Of a DNA stretch of 64,000 nucleotides, positions 37,564 through 46,336 are shown piece by piece (the first letter of the stretch is position 1; each line of letters opens with the position of its first letter). The DNA comes from Candidatus Levybacteria bacterium RIFCSPHIGHO2_01_FULL_37_17 (GTDB taxonomy: Bacteria; Patescibacteriota; Microgenomatia; Levybacterales; UBA12049). A program made the position numbers and the translations under genes. Where the stretch lies: assembly GCA_001782035.1 (NCBI GenBank), contig MFNL01000004.1:9290-73289 (forward strand), given 5' to 3'. The notes under the pieces are model-generated. The model saw only the letters and a list, made by a program, of their open reading frames with translations, was not told the DNA's origin and ran no database searches.

Positions 37564-37773
37564 ATGCCAGATCAACTTTCAATAAATAATCTGCCAGATC
37601 TTCTAACAGTACGGGAAGTTGCTCAAATTTTGCGCGTTTCCCCCTTAACTATTAAAAGATGGGGTAAAAGAGGAAAATTGCCCGCAATCAGAATTAACTC
37701 AAGAGGAGATAGACGCTACAAAAAAGAAGCAGTCCTCTGGCTTTTAGGAATTGCCGGCCCAACCACAGAATAG
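37564..37773 (+). CDS. HTH_17 / BldC-excisionase-like DNA-binding protein
   Basis: 'LLTVREVAQILRVSPLTIKRW...GKLPAIR...GDRRY'. Confidence 0.85.
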   Translation: MPDQLSINNLPDLLTVREVAQILRVSPLTIKRWGKRGKLPAIRINSRGDRRYKKEAVLWLLGIAGPTTE

Positions 37774-37784
37774 GTTTATTCTCA

Positions 37785-37815
37785 ACAAAAAACCGCCAAA
37801 ATGGCGGATTTTTGT
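37785..37815. terminator. Bidirectional terminator between convergent genes
   Basis: acaaaaa-accgcca-aaa-tggcgga-tttttgt. Confidence 0.8.
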
Positions 37816-37831
37816 AAAGTAGAAACTAAAT

Positions 37832-38230
37832 TTACTTTAGCTCTACAGTAGCGCCTGCTGCAGTTAATTTTTCCTTAGCTTCATTTGCTGTTTGTTTGTT
37901 AACTGCTGTCATTACTTCTTTTGGAGCTGTATCTACCAATGCTTTTGCATCGGCGAGTCCCAAAGTTGGAACTAATTCTCTAATCACTTTAATTACTGCA
38001 ATTTTGTTTGCTCCACCTGAGGCAAGCATTACATTAAATACAGTTTGTTCGCTAACTTCTTCTCCTGCTTCAGCTGATGCTGCTGCTCCTGCCTGCGCCG
38101 GTGCGGCTGCAACCATTGATTGAGCAGAAACTCCAAACTTCTCCTCGAGTTTCTTTACAAATTCCGAAAGTTCGAGAACTGACATTTCTTCAACTGCTTT
38201 TAAAAGATCTTCTTGATTTACTTTTGCCAT
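37832..38230 (-). CDS. rplL: 50S ribosomal protein L7/L12
   Basis: 'EEKFGVSA', 'KIAVIKVIRE', 'AGATVELK'. Confidence 0.96.
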   Translation of the reverse strand: MAKVNQEDLLKAVEEMSVLELSEFVKKLEEKFGVSAQSMVAAAPAQAGAAASAEAGEEVSEQTVFNVMLASGGANKIAVIKVIRELVPTLGLADAKALVDTAPKEVMTAVNKQTANEAKEKLTAAGATVELK

Positions 38231-38934
38231 CAATTCTCACCTCCTTTATGATCTGTTTCTTGATTTTCAGGTTGTTCAGCTGCTTTTTCTTCTGCTGTTT
38301 CTGCAAGTATTGTTTCAGGTTCTTTTTCTTCCTGAGCAGTAGCTTTTAGTGGTTGTTGAGGAGCAGGTTCTGATATCGGCTCGGGCGCAGGGGCTACATC
38401 CGCAGGTTTTGCTTGAGCTACGACATTTAAAGTCATTACAAGTTTTTGCAAATTCCAGTTTAAAGCACGGTGAAGACCTGTAATAGGGGATTTAAGGCCA
38501 AAAACAAGCTGGGTAAGCAAAACTTCTTTGGTAGGAAGCGTGGAAAGCTTAAGAATCTGCTCGCCGGTTATAAAATCGCCTTCCATTATTCCAAACCTTA
38601 CATTGGGTAAATTAAGTTCTTTAATTACTTTTGCAAGTGCTTTAAGAGGGGCAATAATGTCGTTATATAAAAATAAAGTACCGGTTTGTCCATCTAATGC
38701 GTACTCTCCTTCTAGTTTTTTGTCAGTTGCCCTTACTAAAAGCGAATTTTTAGCAACGACAAATTCGGATTCTGCCTTTTTAAGCTCTTTTTTTAGGCCC
38801 TCTATTTGCTTGTGAGTGAGTCCGGCATAGTTTGTAAAAACAACAGCCTTAGCTTTGCCAAACTTATCGGAAAGAGAAGATACTATTGCCATTTTCTTTT
38901 CTCTATTTTTGCTTACTTTTGGTTCGTTGCTCAT
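38230..38934 (-). CDS. rplJ: 50S ribosomal protein L10 with low-complexity C-terminal extension
   Basis: 'NYAGLT', 'VAKNSL', 'LSTLPTKEVLL'; start moved to MSNEPK. Confidence 0.93.
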   Translation of the reverse strand: MSNEPKVSKNREKKMAIVSSLSDKFGKAKAVVFTNYAGLTHKQIEGLKKELKKAESEFVVAKNSLLVRATDKKLEGEYALDGQTGTLFLYNDIIAPLKALAKVIKELNLPNVRFGIMEGDFITGEQILKLSTLPTKEVLLTQLVFGLKSPITGLHRALNWNLQKLVMTLNVVAQAKPADVAPAPEPISEPAPQQPLKATAQEEKEPETILAETAEEKAAEQPENQETDHKGGEN

Positions 38935-38935
38935 A

Positions 38936-39036
38936 AAATAAAAAAACACTCCTAAAACAGAGTGTTAACGAGTTCTAAGATTGAACTCTAGTTTACCGCT
39001 CGACAGGTCTTATTTTTGCGCCTGTTGTCTTAGGTT
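38936..39036 (-). promoter_or_regulatory. L10 leader (ribosomal protein leader) with attenuator terminator
   Basis: Minus strand 'cctaagacaacagg...agacctgtcgagcgg' resembles the L10 leader core, followed by hairpin AACACTC-N8-GAGTGTT and a U run just before the rplJ ATG. Confidence 0.75.
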
Positions 39037-39276
39037 AAACCATTTTAACAAAGGCTTGTTAAAACGTCAAGTCAGGATTTTTGCCTCGAAGATATTCTTT
39101 TTCAATCTTAGGAGGAATAGGGCGGAATTGAACAGTATCTTTTTCTGGTGTTTTTACAGCAGCATTAAAAACAGGTACTTTTTCGGTCCAAGAACGTAAA
39201 TTTGATATAACTCTTTCTATCATAACTTGAGGTGGTATTATAACTTATAACTCAATAAATTACAATCTGTTACAGT

Positions 39277-40266
39277 TTAAAGCCAGCCAAAAATCGGATC
39301 ATTAAAGTTATCAGGGCGGCTGTTTGTTGCTATTCCAGGCTGGTATCCAATGTAGAAATCAATTTCTCCTTTTTGTAAATCACATTTTTCTGTTTGATCC
39401 AGAATAATTTTGGCAATTTCATGAGTGGAACTCATTGGCATTTCCAATGACTCATTAGAGCTTAATCTGTTAAGAGCTTCAAAGACCGGGCGAAACTTGT
39501 CAATTAGATCTCCGGCATCAGTCCCTCTTAGTAAGGGAGCTATAAAATCTATGAATGTTGCGCCAGTTATCCTTGCTAAATCTCTAAGAGCAAGACTGCC
39601 ATCTGCTTTCGTTGCGCCAACCGGATAATAAAACCAAGGACCAGAATATTCTGATTTCCTCTGTGCGTATTTAGAAATAGTGCTGTCTAAAACTACAATT
39701 TTGGAATTTGAGTTAATGTTTCCATTCTCAGCTAGAGCTCTTGCAAGTCTTAAGGTAGAATCTGCATTTGTGTGCAGGCCTGTAAGAATTGATTCGGGAA
39801 GGCTCATAAGCTCTTCGAGTTCTTGGGTTTCTTTTTTAGCTAAATCTATAGGAATTTTTCCATGAAGTTCTAATTCTTTTTGTAATCTTAAAATAGCCAA
39901 TCCAACTTTTCTTTTTGTTGTTATAAATCCTTCTGCGGCAAGAGCAAAAAGGTCTATGGCCTGTCTTTCTGAAAGCCCCATTTCTAAATAGGCGTCTTGG
40001 ACTTGGTCCGGTTTATTAAGGTCTGCAACAAATGGTTTTATCTGCCCAGTGCTATTTGCTGCAACCTCGTCATACAAAGATTCGAATTTCGCCCAAGATC
40101 TTGTTCCAACATATACTGTATAGCCTTTGGCAGCCATAAGTTTTACGATCTCGGCTCCCGTTTTTCCTCCTCCGCCTAATAGCAGTACCGGATTCTTTGA
40201 TTGGGGTTCGCGTTCTGTTGCAACTGTTTGTTCAAATGGAATTGTTTTTCTTGTTTCAGCGCTCAT
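39277..40266 (-). CDS. Divergent SDR/NAD(P)-binding Rossmann-fold protein
   Basis: 'VLLLGGGGKTG', 'ADL'; the catalytic YxxxK Tyr is not clear; own TTGACT-17-TATATT promoter. Confidence 0.65.
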   Translation of the reverse strand: MSAETRKTIPFEQTVATEREPQSKNPVLLLGGGGKTGAEIVKLMAAKGYTVYVGTRSWAKFESLYDEVAANSTGQIKPFVADLNKPDQVQDAYLEMGLSERQAIDLFALAAEGFITTKRKVGLAILRLQKELELHGKIPIDLAKKETQELEELMSLPESILTGLHTNADSTLRLARALAENGNINSNSKIVVLDSTISKYAQRKSEYSGPWFYYPVGATKADGSLALRDLARITGATFIDFIAPLLRGTDAGDLIDKFRPVFEALNRLSSNESLEMPMSSTHEIAKIILDQTEKCDLQKGEIDFYIGYQPGIATNSRPDNFNDPIFGWL

Positions 40267-40313
40267 ATAAGTTAGCGACAGTAGAATATATCAAAGTATA
40301 GCAGGTAAGTCAA

Positions 40314-40694
40314 TTAAGCCCCAATTTTAATCCCGGGGCTCATTGTGGATTTGAGTATAATGCTTACAATATTGTCTTTTTTTACTGCCGAAATCATAGC
40401 TTCGATATTTTCTGAAAGTTTATCAGTGCCAAAAGACATTTTGCCAACTGTTAAGTGCATAATAGGGTTTTTGGCTTCAGTTTTAAAGTTAATCTGCCCG
40501 CTTTCGTATGCAGCCTTTGAAATTAGAAAGTTAGGTTTTATTGAAAAGATATGGTATATTTTTGGCGCGGGAAGAATTGCGAGGGTAAAGTTGACGGTGG
40601 AATTTGCATAAGACTTATTTGTATGAGCAGAAAAAAGCATTAGAATAATAACTATAATCAAAAACTTTAATAAAAAAAATCTTATTCCTGCCAT
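40314..40694 (-). pseudogene. Chimeric ORF: signal peptide of a surface protein fused in frame to a duplicate rplA C-terminus
   Basis: N-terminal hydrophobic signal, then 'YESGQINFKTEAKNPIMHLTVGKMSF...STMSPGIKI', nearly identical to the end of rplA. Confidence 0.75.
40330..40472. repeat. Direct repeat copy A (rplA 3' end), 143 bp identical to 45010..45152
   Basis: Base-by-base comparison; offset 4680 bp. Confidence 0.95.
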
Positions 40695-40861
40695 AAAATT
40701 TCTCCTTGCTTTGAAGGACAGAAGAAAAATCTAAAGTAATAGTCTTAAGCATTTTGTACCAGTACGTAATATTAACTATCAATTATTTATTCAAAGAAAG
40801 GTTAAGAGATAATACTATCTTAATTTAAAGTTGTAAAGAGGAATAAAACAATCAAAAGTGG

Positions 40862-43117
40862 TCAGTTTGCTGTTACAGTTATGGTCATTTCTATTGTATA
40901 ACTTCCGGCGGTTTGCTCTGCGGGAATAGTTTGACTAATACTTGTTCCTGTTAAATCCCAATAACAATTTGTTCCGGCAGATGCCCCGGCAGTTAACAAA
41001 GTTATAGAATCAGTTACTCCTTGAGAAAATGAACCTTGTGATCCCAAAGAAAGACCGGTATTATTGCATCCCGACTTTGGCGTTATAGTCGCTCCGGTAG
41101 GATCAATGCTCATTTGCCCCCCATAACTGTCTGCATCTCCTCCATCTCCTGCCTGAGCAGTTGGGTCGTTGAAATCATATTTAGGAGTTCCCGATGACCA
41201 TAAGGCAGTAGGGCCTGCGTTTGCTGCAACCGTTAATGTCCATTGTGCATTTCCGGTGGAATTATCTACTCTAATTTTTTCAGAAGATATGCCAAAAGTT
41301 CCCGTTGTTGTTTGATAAATAAGATTAAATATTTTTGTCGTCATTGTAAGAGTAGGACTTGTTACAGGATCTCCGTTAGAATCCACTATATCGGCAGAAA
41401 GAGTTCCCCCCGCCGACTGAATTGTAATCACTCCTGAGGAATAGGCACTGACTTGCGGATTAAAACCGTCACTCGTGATACCGTAAACATAGTAATCGCC
41501 CGGGGTCACGCCTGTAGTGTCCCAAGAGCAAGTTGAGTTAGTTCCTTCGGCTGCACTAGCGCAAGCGCCGGAAATAGCCACACCATCAAGGCCGGAATTG
41601 TTTGTATCGTAATAAAACGCTGCGGTAACTACATCGTCGGTGTCTGCTAATGTATAAGTAATGTTATAAGAATCACCTACAGTTACCGTGTCGCCAGTTC
41701 CATCCGGCTGGGAAATACTTAATGTTGGAGCAGGATTTGCTACCTGAACCGCAATACTTAAAGCATAATAAGTTGTATTAGCTACCTTATCCCAGGTAGT
41801 TGCCACTAAATCCGTCCCGTCTGTAGAGTAGGTATTTGAAGTATCGCTGAACCAGCCCGTTGCATTAGTGGCGGCTTGAACAGTTGTATCTGTAGAGTCT
41901 TGGCGAAGAATAAAAGTTCCTCCACTTGATTCTGCTCCTTGATAAGCTGAAAGGCGGGAAAAAGAAGCTGCAAATCCTAGTGAGAATTGGGCTAGACTTT
42001 CCGCTACATTAAGAGACACCATTCTGCCTCCCAGATATTGAGGTTGATTGTCCACAGCAAATACCGCACCTCCCGTATTGCCTAAAGCAAGGAAAGAAAT
42101 TCCGCCTGAACTATCATAAAGCTCTACCATAATATTTTGGACTGTTAGCGTGCCTGTGTCTGTTAATGTGGTAGATTGAAAGGAGAGTTTGTCTCCGTCA
42201 TTTACCACTTTAGTATTTGAGGTATCCTCTTTAAGCCCCGTTTGTCCTGAACTATAAGTTACCGATGGAGCGGTTCCCGATCCTGTTGCTCCGCTTATGG
42301 TAAAGGTTGTATCCGTTGTTCGTGTATTTGCCGAGACAAAAACTTGAATATTTCGGATGGTTACAGTTCCTGTAGGTATTTTAATTAAAGTCTCACCTAT
42401 TGCCTGAGTGGTTGTTTTGGTAGAAGTTCCTCCTAAATGTCGGTAGGCTGTTTCCGAGGCTACCGTATAAGCTAAAGAACCCGATGCTCCCAATCGGGAT
42501 ACAGTTCCTGTTGATGGAGTAAATACAAATCCTATGTAGGTAAAAGTCCAGTTGGAATTACCCGATCCACCAGAGGCTACATATAAAGCAATCGTGTCCC
42601 CTGCGGAAACTGAAAGTGTGTGGGTACTATCTACTAGCTCTCCTGCCCCAACAGGAGAACCTCCTGGAGCCAGTGTAAGCTTGGGGTCGTTTGCTCCGTT
42701 TGCCTCACTGCCGTTTTTATAAAAAGCAACTCTAGGGTCAGAAGCAGTCCTATTTCCGCTCTTTATATTGGCCGAAAGATAAGAAATAGTCCCAGCAGTT
42801 CTGAAAGTTACGACCTTATTGGCGTGGTCGTCTAAACCCAGAATTAAATCTCCAGTAAAAGGGGAAGCAAAATAGTTCCTGTTTGTAGGGGCTACCGCTA
42901 CTCCATTAAGGTCGGACTGGATTATTCGGGAAGGGTATGCTGACGCAGCCAGTGATTGTGGAATTAGTGGCGGTATTGCAGTGTTTTTCCAAACATGTGG
43001 CCAGCCTGAAAAAATCCATGCGAAAATTAAAAGGAAAATATAAACTTTCCGCCAAATATGATATTGCGCAGAATGGGATGATTTATTTGTCCGTTGGTGG
43101 AACTTTAATTTTGTCAT
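40862..43117 (-). CDS. Large secreted adhesin-like protein with C-terminal WxL/pilin-like domain
   Basis: Signal/TM, Thr/Ser/Gly-rich beta domains, Ig-like domain; the last ~180 aa are homologous to 44218..44925. Start uncertain (ORF extends to 43195). Confidence 0.7.
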   Translation of the reverse strand: MTKLKFHQRTNKSSHSAQYHIWRKVYIFLLIFAWIFSGWPHVWKNTAIPPLIPQSLAASAYPSRIIQSDLNGVAVAPTNRNYFASPFTGDLILGLDDHANKVVTFRTAGTISYLSANIKSGNRTASDPRVAFYKNGSEANGANDPKLTLAPGGSPVGAGELVDSTHTLSVSAGDTIALYVASGGSGNSNWTFTYIGFVFTPSTGTVSRLGASGSLAYTVASETAYRHLGGTSTKTTTQAIGETLIKIPTGTVTIRNIQVFVSANTRTTDTTFTISGATGSGTAPSVTYSSGQTGLKEDTSNTKVVNDGDKLSFQSTTLTDTGTLTVQNIMVELYDSSGGISFLALGNTGGAVFAVDNQPQYLGGRMVSLNVAESLAQFSLGFAASFSRLSAYQGAESSGGTFILRQDSTDTTVQAATNATGWFSDTSNTYSTDGTDLVATTWDKVANTTYYALSIAVQVANPAPTLSISQPDGTGDTVTVGDSYNITYTLADTDDVVTAAFYYDTNNSGLDGVAISGACASAAEGTNSTCSWDTTGVTPGDYYVYGITSDGFNPQVSAYSSGVITIQSAGGTLSADIVDSNGDPVTSPTLTMTTKIFNLIYQTTTGTFGISSEKIRVDNSTGNAQWTLTVAANAGPTALWSSGTPKYDFNDPTAQAGDGGDADSYGGQMSIDPTGATITPKSGCNNTGLSLGSQGSFSQGVTDSITLLTAGASAGTNCYWDLTGTSISQTIPAEQTAGSYTIEMTITVTAN

Positions 43118-44213
43118 TTTCCTCGACTGTATAAGGAGGTTTGAGTTTATTGACTTTAGCAAGTAGTTTCCAGGAAACACTATGTTTTTTGGCAATAGAA
43201 TTTATATCCTCGCCAGCAATTACCGTATACTCCATCCAATGTTTTTTAATCCATCTTTTGCGTTTCCATGATAGCAAAAATATAACAATACAAACAATCA
43301 AGAACAAAAGAATTGAGGCTTCAATTGCAGCTGCCGCCGGAGTAGGAAGGCTAAAAAATATAATTGGTGAACCAGTAAGCCGAGCTAATTCCTTACCGCT
43401 TTTTACTCCAACACTTGCTTCTTTATTGGCATCGTATTCTACAACCAATTCAGACTTATACCAACCTCCCCAGAAGGGTTTTTTGAGTTCGAAGTTCCAC
43501 TCAGACGTTTGGTCTCTTAAAATTACATATTCTCCTCCGGCTTTTGCATAGTCAAGACCGAAGATATATTTAGTTGTCACGAATACATTTGTATCAATTG
43601 AAACGTTTCCTATGTTTTTTACCCTTGGTTGAAGTGTATAATCTTCTTTATTTTGCAATATATTGAAATTAACAATTTCAAGTTTTCTTACTATTTCCCC
43701 GGGTACCGTTAGCACCACCCGCAATCCTGTTCTAGTAGAAATAACAGCTCCGGATTGATTTTCCTGTTTTTTCTTTTTTTCTTGGATTAAAATGCAGCCA
43801 TTGTGTTCACCAACGCTGGCATTTTTTGGAACTGTTATATTAAAATCAACAATTTCATTGGTTTTAGGATCAAGAGTAACTTCGGTTTTATCCAGCTTTA
43901 TCCATGAGCCTACTTCAATTTTTTGCTCGGAAAATTGCTTACACGCAAAAGCTCCTCCTGTTGAAGGGGTTGAATCTGTTGCATATATTAATAGCGTTTT
44001 TCTTTCAGCGCTATTGTTAATAACAAGAAGTCCGTCTTTAACAGACTCCCCAGGAGTTAAGCCGTGAATGAATATCGATTCCGTGCGCGCCAGCTCCGGT
44101 CTAGGATAGGCAGGACGACCTCCAATGCCTCCGTATTCTATGGCAAACGCCTGTAAATTAAATATAAATATAAAAAAAACAGCAGAAGCTGTTAATCCGA
44201 GTTTACGTTTCAT
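43083..44213 (-). CDS. DUF916/DUF3324-like protein with TM and C-terminal LysM
   Basis: 'VGSWIKL...VPKNASVGEHNGCI', 'KNIGNV', TM, then LysM 'YTVIAGEDINSIAKKHSVSWKLLAKVNKL'. Confidence 0.75.
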   Translation of the reverse strand: MKRKLGLTASAVFFIFIFNLQAFAIEYGGIGGRPAYPRPELARTESIFIHGLTPGESVKDGLLVINNSAERKTLLIYATDSTPSTGGAFACKQFSEQKIEVGSWIKLDKTEVTLDPKTNEIVDFNITVPKNASVGEHNGCILIQEKKKKQENQSGAVISTRTGLRVVLTVPGEIVRKLEIVNFNILQNKEDYTLQPRVKNIGNVSIDTNVFVTTKYIFGLDYAKAGGEYVILRDQTSEWNFELKKPFWGGWYKSELVVEYDANKEASVGVKSGKELARLTGSPIIFFSLPTPAAAAIEASILLFLIVCIVIFLLSWKRKRWIKKHWMEYTVIAGEDINSIAKKHSVSWKLLAKVNKLKPPYTVEENDKIKVPPTDK

Positions 44214-44217
44214 AGAT

Positions 44218-44925
44218 TTAACTAGCTACGACGGAGAGAGTCAAATTAATATCGTAATCACTAGCTGCTGGCTGTTCGGCTGGAACCTTTTGGCTAATGG
44301 ATACACCTGTCAGTTTCCAGTCTCCAATATCATCGGAACTGGCTGCTCCGGTTAAAACTGTGATCGAATCAACGGTTCCTTCGTTAAAAGCATTGCTGCT
44401 TCCCTTGGTAATATTGGTTGTTGCGCAGCTTGCGCATTGTCCAACCGCAAGTGTTCCAACGGATGGATCAACAGTCATCTGACCTTTTAACGAATCGGTA
44501 TCAGCTCCATCTGCGCATCCTGCAGGACTTCCAGTAGGATCATTAAAATCCATATCGGTACCACCGCTGTCCCAAAAATCAGTAGGGTCGGAAGCTGCAA
44601 GACTAGCCACCCAGCCATCATCTGCAGCATCGGGATTGGTTACATAAATAACTTGCGAAGCGGTACCAAAAGTACCTGTTGAAGTTTGGCAGCTAAAGCT
44701 GAAAGTGACTGCTCCCATGGCTACCGCAGGGCTACTAACAGTTACATAGCTTGCGTCGACTATATCAACTGCAAGTGAGCCCGCATTAATAGTTTGAGTA
44801 AAATTTGAAGTTGCGGAGGCAAATACCTGTGACAAAAAGCTGATAGAACTTATATAGACTACAAAAAATATAAATATAAGTCTTTTGTTGTCTAATAAAA
44901 ACTCTCTTAAAGTATAAGAAATCAT
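44218..44925 (-). CDS. Small secreted WxL/pilin-like protein
   Basis: Signal peptide, 'ATSNFTQTINAGSL', 'DDGWVASL', C-terminal 'VPAEQPAASDYDINLTLSVVAS'. Confidence 0.7.
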   Translation of the reverse strand: MISYTLREFLLDNKRLIFIFFVVYISSISFLSQVFASATSNFTQTINAGSLAVDIVDASYVTVSSPAVAMGAVTFSFSCQTSTGTFGTASQVIYVTNPDAADDGWVASLAASDPTDFWDSGGTDMDFNDPTGSPAGCADGADTDSLKGQMTVDPSVGTLAVGQCASCATTNITKGSSNAFNEGTVDSITVLTGAASSDDIGDWKLTGVSISQKVPAEQPAASDYDINLTLSVVAS

Positions 44926-44993
44926 CCCCTAATATTAGTGAAACACTTTTGATCACGAAATGCAAGTCATAAGATTAGCTTAATTGGTCTACT

Positions 44994-45818
44994 TTACGGT
45001 CTAATCTTGATCCCGGGGCTCATTGTGGATTTGAGTATAATGCTTACAATATTGTCTTTTTTTACTGCCGAAATCATAGCTTCGATATTTTCTGAAAGTT
45101 TATCAGTGCCAAAAGACATTTTGCCAACTGTTAAGTGCATAATAGGGTTTTTAGCCTCGGTTTTAAAATTAATTTGCCCAGCCTCATATTTTTTGACAAC
45201 ATCCTCCGGTTTTTCTGTAATTGTCCCGTTTTTGGGGTTTGGCATTAAGCCTCTTGGGCCTAAAACCTTAGCAACTTTGGCAAGTTTTGGCATCATGTCC
45301 GCAGTTGCCACCAAAATATCAAAATTAACTACTCCTTTTTCTACTTCCGCAATTAATTTATCATCCGCAATGGCTACTCTTGTTTTTTTCCCTGTTCCAT
45401 TTGGAAGAGTTACGTTTCCGGAAATACCGGAGACAGTGGTATTTATGTGAAGCTCCACTGTTTCATCGAATTTGCCTCTTTGGACTTTGCCCAAAATTTC
45501 CAAACCCTCTGATAATGAATATATTTTGTTTTGCTCAACTTTTGCTGCAAAATCGTTATATGTGTTTGAGTGGGGAGCTTTTTGAAATTTTTCTTTTTTT
45601 GTCTTTTTTTCTTCCTTTTTAACTTCTTGAGAATCTTTGACTTCTTCTTTTATTTCTTCCTTCTGCTCGGAAAGTTTAACTTCTTCTACATTTTCCTCTT
45701 TTTGAGCAACTTTTTCAGCCTTTTTTGCCTCTTTTTTGGAATCACGACGCTCTTGTAGTCTTTTAGACTTTGCCGCTTCCTCCAGTTCGTCAAATGATTT
45801 AACTCTTACCTTTCCCAT
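44994..45818 (-). CDS. rplA: 50S ribosomal protein L1 with K/E-rich N-terminal extension
   Basis: 'KFDETVELH', 'LPNGTGK', 'LGPRGLMPNPKNGT'. Confidence 0.96.
   Translation of the reverse strand: MGKVRVKSFDELEEAAKSKRLQERRDSKKEAKKAEKVAQKEENVEEVKLSEQKEEIKEEVKDSQEVKKEEKKTKKEKFQKAPHSNTYNDFAAKVEQNKIYSLSEGLEILGKVQRGKFDETVELHINTTVSGISGNVTLPNGTGKKTRVAIADDKLIAEVEKGVVNFDILVATADMMPKLAKVAKVLGPRGLMPNPKNGTITEKPEDVVKKYEAGQINFKTEAKNPIMHLTVGKMSFGTDKLSENIEAMISAVKKDNIVSIILKSTMSPGIKIRP
45010..45152. repeat. Direct repeat copy B (inside rplA)
   Basis: Identical to 40330..40472. Confidence 0.95.
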
Positions 45819-45820
45819 AC

Positions 45821-46246
45821 TTATTGAACCTTCACTCCCATGCTTCGGGCGACTCCTTCAACAATTTTAACTGCTTGGGGGAGTTCGTCTGTGTTTAAAT
45901 CTTCCATTTTGTCTTTTGCAATTTGCTCTGCTTGTGCTTTAGACAAAGTTCCAGCCACTTCTGTCCCGGGTTTTTGCGCACCCCTTTCTTTCCCTAAAGC
46001 TTTTTTAATCATTTCTGCAATTGGGGATTTTTTGACAATAAAAGAAAAAGTTCTGTCTTCATAAACTGTAATTACAGCAGGAACGATAGTTCCTTTTTGG
46101 TCAGCTGTTTTGTCGTTAAATGCTTTAACAAACTCCATAATAGGGAGGCCGTGGGGGCCTAATGCTGTTCCAACGGGTGGAGCTGGAGTCGCTGCTCCTG
46201 CGGGAATATTTATTTTTATAATTGTCTTAACTTTTTTTGTTGCCAT
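45821..46246 (-). CDS. rplK: 50S ribosomal protein L11
   Basis: 'AGAATPAPPVGTALG', 'TVYEDRTF', 'ARSMGV'. Confidence 0.97.
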   Translation of the reverse strand: MATKKVKTIIKINIPAGAATPAPPVGTALGPHGLPIMEFVKAFNDKTADQKGTIVPAVITVYEDRTFSFIVKKSPIAEMIKKALGKERGAQKPGTEVAGTLSKAQAEQIAKDKMEDLNTDELPQAVKIVEGVARSMGVKVQ

Positions 46247-46292
46247 ATTTAATTTGGGAGAGTAGAGAAGAGTCTAAAAGATTTCTTATCTA

Positions 46293-46319
46293 CTGGTTCA
46301 AACGACCTAAGTCTCCCAG
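46293..46319 (-). promoter_or_regulatory. L1-binding translational operator upstream of rplK
   Basis: Minus strand CUGG-GA-GAC-UUAG-GUC-GUUUGAA-CCAG: two stems with the asymmetric internal loop typical of L1 sites. Confidence 0.65.
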
Positions 46320-46336
46320 GTTATTAAGTTTTTGTA

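Larger units (their letters stand above)
40314..45190. mobile_element. Candidate genomic island (~4.7 kb) bounded by the duplicated rplA 3' end
   Basis: Flanking direct repeat; interrupts the rplA-rplJ order; carries only surface-protein genes and no integrase. Confidence 0.65.

Noticed and set aside
38981-39199. 72-aa + strand ORF upstream of rplJ
   Set aside because: Overlaps the L10 leader on the opposite strand, TTG start, no recognisable features.
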